From assembly GCA_000091205.1 (NCBI GenBank), contig AP006491.2: a stretch of DNA of 64,000 bases. One strand, written 5' to 3'. Numbering within the stretch: position 1 is the first letter of the stretch; each line of letters starts with the position of its first letter. This document shows, piece by piece, positions 1-11,829 of the stretch. A program made the position numbers and the translations under genes. A model generated the notes under the pieces. That model did not search any database. It saw only the letters and a program-made list of their open reading frames with translations, and was not told the origin of the DNA. The DNA is from Cyanidioschyzon merolae (lineage: Eukaryota).

Positions 1-249
1 CGCGCATCGCAAGCTACACATTTCTTTACTTTTTTGAATATAACGGTCAGTTCGATGTTGGACGCTACGATCGCCATCAGGCGTCTGAGAGGCGCGCCTG
101 CGCGTGCGCAGCGGCTGGCTACCGGCCGGCACGCGTCACGCGTCACGCGTCACGCGCATCCCGATCGCCAGCGCATCGCCATTGCGAGCGTTTCGATTGT
201 GCGTCTCGCGCTTGCGCTGTGACGTCCAGCCAGGTACGAACTCGTAGCC

Positions 250-969
250 ATGACCACAGACCCGAGTAGCAGCGATCGCACAACACCGGAGAACGGTATT
301 CATATAAAGGCAAAAGAGATGGTTCAGCGTCTCGACGAAGAGTTTTCGCGTTTTCCGCGGATCGAACCAGCCTATACGACGGTTAAGCGGCGCGTTCAGC
401 GGGTAGTCGACGATCCTCGCGTGCGCACGGCGTACGAGACCGAGGTCAAGCCACGCGTCAGGGCGGCGGTGACGCGCCTCGAGGGCGTTGAGCTTTTCAC
501 CCTGCGCGTGTTTGTGGCGCTTCTGTACCAACTGGAAAGCGTGCTGGACGGTATGCTGCACCGGTTCGGGGAGAGCGCGCCTGCCTCTCATGCCGCACAG
601 CAGTCGTCCGGTGCAGGAGCGGAACCAGACGAATGTAGTCCTGTTTCAGCAGCGGACTCATTGGATACAGCTATTCGCAAGTTGAGAGCACGGGCGTGCC
701 GTGTGCGCGTCCAGGTCGTGGAGCTGCTGAACGCCTCAGTTGCTGGCGCTCGTCGCGTGGGCGACCAGGCGGGCACTTTCTTGGCCGATGAACGCACAGT
801 TCTCTACCGCTACGCCAAGTCGCTGGTCGTCCGTCTCCTCTCGATGCTGAGGTCGCTCGCTGACTACGGCTTGAACGCTCTGGGTAAGGAGTATACACCG
901 GTATCGGTACCGGTACCTCCGGGGCAGAGCGGCGCAGCAGAGGCAAGTCAAGCGTCGGGCGTGCTATGA
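250..969 (+). CDS. hypothetical protein, 239 aa, no recognisable family
   Basis: ATG-initiated ORF with complex, non-repetitive composition (MTTDPSSSDRTTPENGIHIKAKEMVQRLDEEF...). The overlapping minus-strand ORF 136..591 looks like GC-driven noise. No family assigned from memory. Confidence 0.45.
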   Translation: MTTDPSSSDRTTPENGIHIKAKEMVQRLDEEFSRFPRIEPAYTTVKRRVQRVVDDPRVRTAYETEVKPRVRAAVTRLEGVELFTLRVFVALLYQLESVLDGMLHRFGESAPASHAAQQSSGAGAEPDECSPVSAADSLDTAIRKLRARACRVRVQVVELLNASVAGARRVGDQAGTFLADERTVLYRYAKSLVVRLLSMLRSLADYGLNALGKEYTPVSVPVPPGQSGAAEASQASGVL

Positions 970-2202
970 GGCGCCGTTTTCTGCGTATATGGCAGATTTC
1001 GTAGCTGTTCTTCGCTGCAGACATTCCTGTGTACGAAAAGCCGCCAATTGTTTCTGTAATCTCTGTAATGTAATCGATGTTATCCGTGCGCTTGTTGGTG
1101 TCGTACGTGACCAAATCTAGTCCCTTGTAAAGTCGATATCTATGTCACCGGGAAAACCGAAAAGAAAGCCCTGCGTATCGCACCTGCTCAAGCGATTCTC
1201 CGAACGATATCGATCGCTGTGGTCAGTGAGCGTCCACGAACGCAGCAACAGCGTGTTCACTCTCCGAGCAACGCACAAGCTCCTCGGGAGTGCCTCACGT
1301 CATCGACCTGATTCAGGTGCATGCAGCGGGAGTCCTCGATGCATTCGCGTTTTTCGGATAGAGCACGCGTTCCAGTGACCAGGTGGCTCTCAGATGCACA
1401 GCTCCATCGTGCACATGTCGAATGCGGCATCGTGAACATCGTGATGATTCATTTTGCACCATGATGCACAGTCGACGCCTGACCGTACCAGCAATCCGGG
1501 TTTTCTGGGCCGCGGTCACCTCAGCTGGCGACCAGCATCGATACAGTACCGTGATCCTGGCGCCTGCGTCGAGGCACTGACCGCCGTACCGGTCGTGTGC
1601 GCATCCGCCAGTCTGCTGGACAGTGCGCGTGCATCTCGAAGCCGAGTAATCAAAACAGTATGCGTCTCTCTGGTATCCGGCGTATTCTGGAAGCGTCTGT
1701 TGCGCTCCTGGATACATGCCCCCAGGCGCCCGACACCTCCGTATCGCTCGATATCCCGCCCGAAAAGCTAAACACCCGCAAAGCACCTCAATACCGCTCG
1801 CGCGCTGTGTGGCACCAGACGCAAGCGCACTGCACTCCATGGATTGCAGGCTCCATCACGCCTCTGTGCCTAGGGATCGCATCTGTCGACGAAATGCGAT
1901 TGCTGCCCAGGTCACTGGGCACCGCGCACGCCCGTCCAGAGGATCCCTGTGCGATGCCTCGATGCGCGGCGTTGCAAGATCGCCTGGACACGAACCGCCG
2001 GCGATCGGGCCAGCTGCCCGCTGCGCTGCACGCATGTGTCACGCGTGCAATGTGACATCGCACCGCGGCGCCCACGCCGTCGCTTCAGCGCCATCCCGCG
2101 ATATCACTTTTCGCATGGTAGGGCACGGCTTTCGCGCTCTGTAGCAGCTGCGGTGCTGTGAAGCGAGCGCACGTTCGGTAGTGCGAGGGAGCGTTTGGAA
2201 AC

Positions 2203-2373
2203 ATGGGCCACGCAGATATATGGAATAGCCATCCGAAGGATCATTGCAAGGGATCCCGTCGTTGTCGGGTGTGTAAGGCGCACCAGGGACTCATCCGCAA
2301 GTACGGACTGAACATGTGTCGACGCTGCTTCCGCGAGCACGCGAACAAGATCGGCTTCCAAAAGTATCGCTGA
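2203..2373 (+). CDS. RPS29: 40S ribosomal protein S29 (uS14), 56 aa
   Basis: Hand translation of ATG 2203 to TGA 2371 gives [56 protein letters not shown]. The CxxC...CxxC zinc knuckle and the [12 protein letters not shown] motif are diagnostic of eukaryotic S29. Absent from the ORF track because it is under 60 aa. Confidence 0.9.
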   Translation: MGHADIWNSHPKDHCKGSRRCRVCKAHQGLIRKYGLNMCRRCFREHANKIGFQKYR

Positions 2374-2806
2374 GCAGAACGACGAGCGCGTTTCCATGTC
2401 GATCGGAGGACCATTCATTCCTATAGTTTTGGGATAGAATAAAACCTGTTTCAGTTCTGGTGTAATAGGCACCAGGACTCGCACACGAACGGCTGCCGCT
2501 GCTGCTATGTATTTACGACTTGTGTGTGCGTATTTGAGGCAACCGGGGTCGGTACGGCCTCGCTGCCGAATCGAACGCGGTGAACGAAAGCGTTTCGGAG
2601 CTGTTCGTAGGGCGGGTGCGACCTTGGTCGTGCGCAGAGCACGCGTGCATGCTAGTGCGCAGACATATCGACAGTTGAACGCTGCTGGTGCATATCTAGT
2701 ATAAAATCAAAGCGTTTACGAGATTCAATAGTGCTTTCCTCTGGTCTGCGCGTCGCGTTGTTTCCGCTCGCAGACCCAGCCTTCCGCCGTGCGTGGATCC
2801 GCTCGC

Positions 2807-5800
2807 TTATGCGCTGGTGCTGGTGCTGGTAGTGTTCACGAGCTGTTGCACGGATACTGCCGTCACCGTACCGTTCGGTGGAAATACAGACCTAACCATC
2901 CCAAAGACGAATAAGACACTCATGAGGTTCTCAACAGGTTTCGTGTTGTTTGGCAGTGTCAGTAGCTGAACAGCACCGGTGGTTGTCACATTAAGCGGAA
3001 CACGTAATGCGTATGGGATCGTTCCATTCGCACTTGCCGCTTGCGTGACATTCACGTCCTGGATACCTGTGATGTTGCGCACAGCCGATACGAAGCGATC
3101 ACGGAAGAGAGCGTTTCGGGTGGCGTTTGTAAAGTCCTCCACGGAGACGCCCTCCATCTGGAAGGCCACATTGATCGCTGCTTTGCCTGCTGGTGGTGAC
3201 GGGAAAGCGGCCAGGTTCGCCGGCCCCGGAACCGGGGATGCTGCCGGCGTTGGCGATGCTTCGCAGAGCAGACCCGAAAAGCCCGGCACACAGTAGCAAA
3301 CGCCATTGATGCAGGCACCATTACCGTTACAGCAGGTTGCGGTCGTCGCGTTCTCCGCCGTTATGCCCGCCGGTCGGCACGAGCTGACGCAAAGTGTTCC
3401 ATTCAAGTCGAATAGGCGACTTGGCTGTGCCAACGAGTACAGAGGAGGAAGCTCCGATGGTCTACCCAAAAAGTCCAGGGAGGTAATGTTCTTGGTAGGC
3501 GTGACCCGAACGGTGATATTCGGGCTCGATGCTGCCCTCGCGACACTGATGTACGTCTCCGTGGAGACGCTCGTGGTCGTCTCCAGCCGAGTATACTCGC
3601 TCGCAACAACCTGTCCAAATGAACCGGACTGCACTGTGCTTTGCAGCGTCGAGTAAACGGATAAGTACTCCACCACAGACGACATGACACGTACAGAGAT
3701 GCGATTGGCGTGCCAGCGCACACCAGTCGCGGAGCTTGACGAGCTCGTGTAGGTCACGAGGCCATTGCTCTGGGCCTGAACTCCATTGCAACTAGAAGGA
3801 GCGCTGCCGCCTGTGGAAGTCGAGAGACATTCGCAGTTGGTGATCTCGACCGCAGTGGGCACCAGACCACACGAGCTTGCTAATGTGTTCTGCACGATAT
3901 ACGAAATCTGGTCACACGTCCAAACGTTGATCTGCTCGACGACCTCGACGTCAATCTGCCATTCATACCAAACAATGCAGACAGGAGGCCGTTTGACGAC
4001 CACCTCGACCCATTTCACGGGAGCCGGAGCAACCGCAGATACGTATTCAGCGGTCGAGGTTACCAGCTGCGAGTACTGAACGATATCGGTATAGAGTTCG
4101 CCACCGCCACACTTGGACTGATACAGCTGAACACGTTGCCAAAAGTAGTTATTCACGAAGTTGTCACGAATTGCATACGTGTACTGGATCGTGTACGTGG
4201 AAAACGTCTCCAAGCGGATGTGGACGACTGCATTCCAGGTATCGATTTGCTCACACGAATGGATCGTTACGATTTCGCTCGGTATGCCAATATCGTTGCA
4301 CGAGTTCAGGATCGCCACTTTGACATCATTGCAGCTCAGAACCTGCGTACCAAAGAATGCAGATCGACAGTAAAACGCTGTCTCAATGAAGACTCGCCGC
4401 GGATAGATCTGTACTGGGACATAAATGATGCTGGTGCTCTGTTCCAGGACAACGGACGTTACTTGCTCGTATTCGACGGTGCTCACGGTGAGCGACGGCG
4501 AGATTACTGTCGTCGTCTCGCTAGCGCTGACATACAAACTCTGCAGATACACGTAAGCCTGGTACATCCGTTCTTGCCAGTTTGCCGGTGCATACTCGGG
4601 AACGATCGAGCAGGCAACGTAGATAGAGCACTCTGTCTCGATAGACAAATGCAAACTGCCCTTGCGTGGCTGGCTATAAAGCAGACTTTGGCTGCCATCA
4701 TCCTGCACCATGAGCAGAGGTTGTGCGGAACGCCGACTTGTGCCGGAGCCAGAGCTCGCCAGATTCACCACAACATCTGTCTCCGTGAAAGACTCGACAT
4801 CCAAAAAGGCATAGTAGTAGACGCGCTGTGCTGTGGATATAACTTCCGAGCAACTCGCACTCACGCCGACCGCGATCCGAATGGTCGGATTGTCTGGCAA
4901 GACTATCTTGTTGGTCGGAAGCGGACTACCATTCGGGAGCGCTGTGAGGTTGGGGGTTGGTGTTGGCGGAGGTACTGGCTTTCCCGCGCCGCTCGGCAGA
5001 TTAAGTGTAGTGATACTCGTGACAGAGAGTAAGCTCGCGAGTTTCACCTGCACAGTGCTGGCCTCTGAAACTGCCACGACCACAAAGACGGTGAATTGAA
5101 TATTCACTGCGACTGTAGTCGATGTGGTAACGCGCATCTTGGTAGAATCTCGATCCCCCATGAATTCCGAGAACCATCTCAGAGGAGCCAACAGTCCCAA
5201 ACGTGAGGAACTCGTTGAGGTCGGAGCAGCAGCACAGTTGTTCGAGACGGTAACATTGGATGCCGGCACGCCGAGAGCAGATGCAACTGCAGCGGCGATC
5301 GCTGACGCTGCAGACTGACAAACCTCTGCGGAGGTGACAGAAAGGTACGTGCCCTGAGATACTGTTGTAATAGCGGGTGTCGGTGGTGGCGTCGGTGCTG
5401 ATGTCGGAGTAAAGGTTGCCGACACGCTCGGGGACGTGCTCGGTGATACCGAGGTACTCGGTGAGCTCGTTGGCAAATGCGACGCACTTGGTGAAGGGCT
5501 CGGTGATACCGATGTACTCGGTGAGCTCGTTGGCAAATGCGACGCACTTGGTGAAGGGCTCGGTGATACCGAGGTACTCGGCGAGCTCGTTGGCAAATGC
5601 GACGCACTTGGTGAAGGGCTCGGTGATACCGAGGTACTCGGCGAGCTCGTTGGCAAATGCGACGCACTTGGTGAAGGTGTCAGTGGTTCCGAACTCGGAG
5701 ACGGTGCCGCGGTAACCGGCGAGCTTATGCTTGATGATGGATGCAATGTAATGCTCGGTGATGCGTGGAACGTTGCGCTGCTTCCAGCCGAGGCTGAACG

Positions 5801-6571
5801 AGAGGGGCTCAACGTCCCAGTCAGCACAGTCGATATCGATGGCGAAGGCACTACTGAGCTAAATCCAGTGCTTGTCGATGACGGCATTGGTGTCAAGGTT
5901 TCCGCGGCACCAGAACTCGGTGAAGGGCTTCCAATGCTCGAGGGTGATACGGCGTGAGTTGGTAGTGTGCTCCCTGGAATCGTTGTTGTCGACGACGGCG
6001 TTGGCACCACAGTTGGTGTCCCCGCAGACGCAGAGGCATGTGTCGATGTCGGTGTCAGCAATGATGTAGGTGTAGGTGAAGGCGTTGGAGTCGGCGTCGG
6101 CGTCGGTGTCGGTGTCGGTGTCAGCAACGGCGTAAGTGTAGGTGTAGGTGTAGGTGTAGGTGTAGGTGTAGGCGTTGGAGTCGGCGTCGGCGTCGGTGTC
6201 GGTGTCGGTGTCAGCAACGGCGTCGGTGTCGGTGTCGGTGTCAGCAACGGCGTCGGCGTCGGTGTCGGTGTCAGCAATGATGTAGGTGTAGGTGTAGGTG
6301 AAGGCGTTGGAGTCGGCGTCGGCGTCGGCGTCGGTGTCAGCAACGGCGTAGGTGTAGGTGTAGGTGTAGGTGAAGGCGTTGGAGTCGGCGTCGGCGTCGG
6401 TGTCGGTGTCGGTGTCAGCAACGGCGTCGGCGTCGGTGTCGGTGTCAGCAATGATGTAGGTGTAGGTGTAGGTGAAGGCGTTGGAGTCGGCGTCGGCGTC
6501 GGCGTCGGCGTCGGTGTCGGTGTCAGCAACGGCGTAGGTGTAGGTGTAGGTGTAGGTGAAGGCGTTGGAGT

Positions 6572-6608
<37 letters not shown>

Positions 6609-6832
6609 ACTGACACCGAGGGTAACGGTCTCACAACGTCCGGAACTTGGGGAAACTCCGTCTCCCCCTCAGCCTGGTGTGGCTCTGCGAGCACCAACAA
6701 TGACCCCCGCTCAGCTCTCCCTGTGTGCTTACCCCATAACTTCCAGTTGAGCGGTAAGCTGCCACCTAGCAAAAGGAGAATAAAAAACGTGAACAAAAAG
6801 TGACGGAGCGCAGCTTTTTGAAAAGCCGCCAT
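2807..6832 (-). CDS. secreted mucin-like Thr/Pro/Ser-repeat protein with Cys-rich ectodomain and EGF-like module (paralog B)
   Basis: The track ORF starts at a TTG (6856). The first in-frame ATG is at 6832 and gives [26 protein letters not shown], a signal-peptide-like N-terminus. There are long (TP)n runs, 20-aa [20 protein letters not shown] repeats, a Cys-rich block ([15 protein letters not shown]...) and an EGF-like [25 protein letters not shown]. It is collinear with the ectodomain of the 11830..18837 ORF but stops (TAA) just before the position of that paralog's transmembrane helix. Confidence 0.7.
5430..5680. repeat. 60-bp tandem repeat x4 (coding, 20-aa Ser/Pro repeat of mucin paralog B)
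   Basis: The unit ggtgataccgaggtactcggtgagctcgttggcaaatgcgacgcacttggtgaagggctc repeats almost perfectly, head to tail. Confidence 0.85.
6060..6600. repeat. hexamer/12-mer microsatellite-like arrays (GGTGTA/GGTGTC/GGCGTC)n encoding (TP)n on the minus strand
   Basis: Visible long runs of gtgtaggtgtaggtgtcggtgtcggc. The plus-strand GVGVGV ORF 5967..6803 is the antisense of these runs. Confidence 0.85.
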
Positions 6833-8216
6833 CTCCGTTTTGCTATTAGTCTGCAATGCAATTGAAACTCAACGATATGAAATTCTACTTTTCCCAACGT
6901 CTTACAGCAGCAAACGCGTTGAAAGGGTTCCGGGTCAGCGGGACACGAGCACCACGGGTGTTCATGCAGACACGTGGAGCAGCCAAATCTGGATCGACGG
7001 GACACGTGTCCTGATCCGATCACGTATCGAGCGCCAGACACTGCGCCGCCCGCCAAACAACTGCGGTTTGCATTTCGTCGCTCGATACGCGACCTCGCCT
7101 GCAGAGGGTGTACGCGGAGCCTGGACCCGGTGTCCTCGGGGGCTGGTCATGTCTGTCTCTGACAATCTGGGGAGGACACAGAATTGCATACGTTATGTAT
7201 GGATTGAATAGGTGGATGGAAAAGTGCAGCTTACTTGGATAAAGAAGACTAGGAGAGGTTCGCGAAGCAACTTACCGGATAAACGATCACGTGAGTCTCA
7301 CATAGGAGAAGCATACATCAATACCTGTCAAAAGTCAGTTGCGTTGCATGGTCCAACGAAAAGCGTGTTTCACCTAGCGCCGTGTAAGTTCCTGGGAATT
7401 TAGAAGGAAAAATTATGATGGACCCAGAGATTCGGATGGTTGCGCTGCACGCGGCGCGCGCGGCTGATGTGTCTGCGTTGCAGCGAATGATCGGCGAGCG
7501 CTTCAGGGACACCTGATTTCTGCAGCCACGCAGCGGCCGAGGCGAGGACGAAAACAACAACGAATGACGATATTCTAAAGTGGAGTCACATCCCGGTGTA
7601 GTCGAAGCTGTCTCGAATATCTCGATTCAGGACATCTACCAGGCATCCATCGGCGCGGACAAGCAGATGCAGCGTTGTAGGGCAGCTACCTGTCATATCC
7701 TGTGCACGACCCCGCTGCCATCTGGTGACAACACGGAACCACTTGGCCGGGAGCTGAACATGAACTCTAGAATGATGGCTGTTCCCCAACGCCCATGGAT
7801 GCGTGCGCAGCATAGAACCACAGCGATGTTCAATTCGAGTGTTCAGGTCCTCTTGACCTGGAGAAAGAACGCTCCGTAAACAGGCATCTAAAGCTCCAAA
7901 GGACCCTTGAGCGCCACTTAAAGAACGCATGGGCTCTCGATTGGCGGTTTTCATCCCGACACATTGCTTGGACATGGAGGATTCGTTCTTCTTCCCGCTT
8001 TTGCACCAGTGCAACGCATGCGATGTCTGGCGATCACGAGCGCCTCCGCCGTATTGACGATCACGAAAATCACGATGAGCCACCGCCAAAGGAAGCTGCT
8101 TGCTTCCATATTCGCTGGAAAGCAAAATACTCCACCTGGAAGAACCGGACGATTCTGATTTCCTGAAAGATCGGTACCTCTGCGGAAGCATCTCAAGGTA
8201 ATCATAGACGCGGGTT

Positions 8217-8918
8217 TTATAGATCCACGTAACTATCGACCGGTTCGGCATTTCCACCACCGCAATCCCCACATTTTTTGACAAGACCAAAGCAGGCCCT
8301 CCCGCACATGCAGGTGCCTCGGAGTACAAGTAAAAATATGATCAAAATGAGAAGCAGAACCGCACCCACAGGAGCTACAATAAAGATGATTATCGAATCT
8401 CCCTGCGAGCCGGAGTTGGACGTACTTGGCACCTGCGGAGTCGGCGACACCGTGATCGACGCTAGAGCGAATGAAGTCATATGCAGGTTCGACACCGCTC
8501 TTGTGACCTGCGCCGACGCCGTCGCCGCATAGGACGCGGGAAAAGGCACCAGCGTTGGCAATTGCTCCGCTGTCGGTAGGGGTGAGGTTTCTGCGGGTGT
8601 TGGCGACGGCAACGACCGCGATGGCGAAGACTCCGCCGATGGCGACGGCGATGGCGATGGTTCCGTGTGCGCAAAGCGTCCGACCCCTGGGTACCTCTCT
8701 ATCAAAATCCCACCGTTTTCAGCGGGAACAGCGCGGAATGATGCGCGCGGTTCGAGACCTCTCATGAAAACCGCGACTTGCTCCGCGTTGTGAGACACGG
8801 CTGAAATCGACACTGGGACTGTCGGCTTCGTTGTTGTGGATAACAGTGACCTGCGACGCTGGTGCCTCGCAACGAGCCGCCGCGGCTGCCAAGCACTTTT
8901 CCGAAAGTGAGCACACAT
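8217..8918 (-). CDS. small Ser/Pro-rich single-pass membrane protein (hypothetical)
   Basis: ATG start. Has an [29 protein letters not shown] region, one strongly hydrophobic helix IIIFIVAPVGAVLLLILIIFLLVL, and a Cys-rich tail CMCGRACFGLVKKCGDCGGG. No signal peptide at the annotated start, so the 5' end is uncertain. Confidence 0.3.
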   Translation of the reverse strand: MCAHFRKSAWQPRRLVARHQRRRSLLSTTTKPTVPVSISAVSHNAEQVAVFMRGLEPRASFRAVPAENGGILIERYPGVGRFAHTEPSPSPSPSAESSPSRSLPSPTPAETSPLPTAEQLPTLVPFPASYAATASAQVTRAVSNLHMTSFALASITVSPTPQVPSTSNSGSQGDSIIIFIVAPVGAVLLLILIIFLLVLRGTCMCGRACFGLVKKCGDCGGGNAEPVDSYVDL

Positions 8919-11829
8919 ATCGTTTCAATATACGCAAGACCAAGACTTTTTCTCGTTCTAAAGGCGGTACTAGCCCAAAAAAGCTAAGGAAACACGATCC
9001 AAAAGAAGCGCTTCGCACAGCGCTATCCGGTGTGCAGCGAAGAAGATACAGCGCCCGCAGCGTGGTGTTGTGATCTTCGACGCAATGCACGTGCTCGTGA
9101 CATACAATTCAACGGGAGCTGACGCGCTGCGGCCCCAACGGAGCTGCCGCATCATCACGTCGCTGTGCGGTGCAATGTGACACCCTGTAACGCGGTGTGC
9201 AGGATTTCGACGCCCCCGCACAGCACCGTTGGCACGAACGCTACCGAGCGACGCTTCGTCGATTGCATCGACTTTCCATGGCACGTCGAAGCGCAGCTTT
9301 TAAATTGAGTCATTTAGGGATGATACGGATACGGACATTTCGATCTCGCATCGCCGTCGCGTGTCGATCCTGTATCTTGCATTCGACGCTGGCGCGATTG
9401 CTGACGGGAAGCCCGTTTGCCGTCAGTCGCGTGCTAGAAACGGCATTCTGCAGGCTTGATTGCCACATACCAGCGTGCACAGGTGATCAGCGCCTTTTCT
9501 GATGAAAACGTAAAGTTCGAGTACCTTGTCCAATGGTATCTTCTGTCTGGAGACGCCTGCGCTGAACCGCGTTGTGCCGAAGCGGTGCCCCGATATGCAG
9601 GCACACGCGACACGGCGGATACGTATTCGGGCCGGGCGAGGTCATCTCTTCCGTGATCTGGCGTCCGATGGACGAAAGTCCGCTTATCGCCGCCACGAGC
9701 GCTCGGAATCAACGGAGCGGAAGCAGCAGTTTGCGGAGACCGGCCAGCGGGCAACCCTAGTCCAATCTGCGTCTGTGATACGGCATGGTCGGTGTATCCG
9801 ATCAGCGCTTTGGGCTATGCATTTGCGGGATAGTCTTCAAAGCGCCGCTGTTGATGCCACAGCCCGAGTGTCCCCACTGAAGCGATTCGAAGGGAGGATT
9901 CTTCCGCTCTGGACAAGTTCAGTGCTCGCTGGGACGCTGTACAGATTATCTCCTCGGGTTTTATGAAAAAGAAGCACCAGCGTTCAAGTCTTTTAAAGAG
10001 TGCACCGCTCATGTGGACGATGTCCAGATTCTTGGTTGCAATTGCAACGGTACTGAAGACCAGCGGCTGTTGCACGCGAGCACGCACCTCTAGAGCAAAC
10101 AACGAATGAGGCGGTATGGACCGGCTCGACTGGAGAAAACTTTCCATCCTCCGTAACGCTGTCAGATTAAAATGATATACAGAACAAGTTGCTCTGTTCC
10201 TGCCATGACAATCTTTTCCGAGCTTTTTCCCAGATGTACCGCCTCCACATTCGAAGTGCAGCAATAGGGCTAGGGGATGCATACGTGGTATTTGGATTCT
10301 CGGTTGTCTTTTTTTCCGACTAGTTCCGTAGGTTCTTTCGTGCTGGAATTCGTTATGTCATCGGAATCGAGATGACTCGAGACGTCCTCGAACTAGCTTT
10401 CGTACCATGACGGACATCATTATCCTACGCATATGTAGACGTCTACACGCTTCTCCATTGCTCACCTGGAACATACGGAATTCACGTTTTCTTCGAGTCT
10501 TCGATCTTTCTGGACCAAGGCGAATTGTGGGCGCAGCGATTCTCGCTACCGGATTGACGAAGAAAAACACTTCACAACGTTTGTGGACGACTTGTTCACA
10601 TGCTCATGCCGAGTATTCGCTCAGCTTGACGCGTTACATAATCGATGAAGATCCAAAGAAAAATCCCCCCTCTTTGTATCCATCGACGAATCCACATTCA
10701 ACGACAGCATGAACCCTCACAGATGGTCTGCTTTCAGAGACGTCCATCTCTTCCGTTTCCACGGAAAAAGGGTCTCGGACTCGGACTTGAGCCATCATAG
10801 CGATCGCTTCCTGTGGATGGTGCGTCACCGCTGTACACGAAGGACCCGCGATCCAATCGAGATTTCTCAACGCGATCTCTAGCCTGGATGCTTCTTCGTT
10901 AATTGTTTCATCATAGACAAAATCGCGTTGCACATACTCCCTATCGAACGGAAGAGTGTACGCGAGCGTCTGCAGCGGACAGAGTACTCGTTGTGAGGAT
11001 TGCCCAGAAGACGCCGGTGATCTTTGCGTATGGCACAGGTCGTGTCAACGGAGGCGGGTATCGAGACGCGTCTCGCATATCCGTCAAGGGCATGTACCCA
11101 GCGATGAAGCACACCTGAACGCACCACTCGTCGACCCTCGGAGCAGGAAACGAAGTGGTGAACATACGGAAACACATGACCGCAGCCAGGTATCGCTGCT
11201 GCAAAAGGCCGCACCGAGGTCGTACACAAAACGGATGAAAATGACAAGCGAAGCGTCAATCGCAACTACCGTGTCTGCCTGAAAAGCGTCGACAACAGCC
11301 AGACGCAACGAAACCGGGACTCGAACGCTACCACCAACATCCGTCGACTGTAGATGCTGGAACCGAAGAGTGAGGAGACACCGACGCATGTAAAACCGGA
11401 TACAAGGAACATCAAAAGAAAGCAGTCGAAAAAAGCACCCAAATGCCAGTCTGGACGACAACGCGAATACACAGCAACAAGAGCGTGTGTGCGCGAGTTG
11501 GACGACCTGCTCTTCTCTATTCTGGCATTGGTGTCATTTACGAATACCCGTCGCTTTTGTACATGAAAAACGGATGATTCGTGTACTTATGACTTCAATT
11601 CCCTAGTTGCCACCAGAGCAACGTCCATCAATGAACCCAGCGGGGAACGTCAACTTCCGAGCGCTTGTACCGCAACCTCCACGGTCGGCAGCACGATGTG
11701 CACGCGAGTCGATACGCGCTCCCAGTGCATACATTCAAGGACTCCATTGCATCAATGAACTACCGTACACGATCCGTACGCTTCGTGTGAACAAACCAGA
11801 CGCGTAATGAGTCCGGGCCTGTGTCAGCG

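Noticed and set aside
5400-5700. Regularly spaced 60-bp repeats (and 57-bp repeats at 17150-17740) that could superficially resemble a CRISPR array
   Set aside because: Units are contiguous with no unique spacers and lie inside protein-coding sequence of a eukaryotic mucin gene. They are coding tandem repeats, not CRISPR.
5967-6803. 278-aa plus-strand ORF made of GVGVGV / SNGVGV repeats
   Set aside because: It is the antisense reading of the (ACACCT)n = (TP)n-coding arrays of the minus-strand mucin gene. Low-complexity mirror ORF.
7586-8329. 247-aa minus-strand ORF between the mucin genes
   Set aside because: No recognisable motifs and random-looking composition. It overlaps the more plausible small TM ORF. 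Treated as noise.
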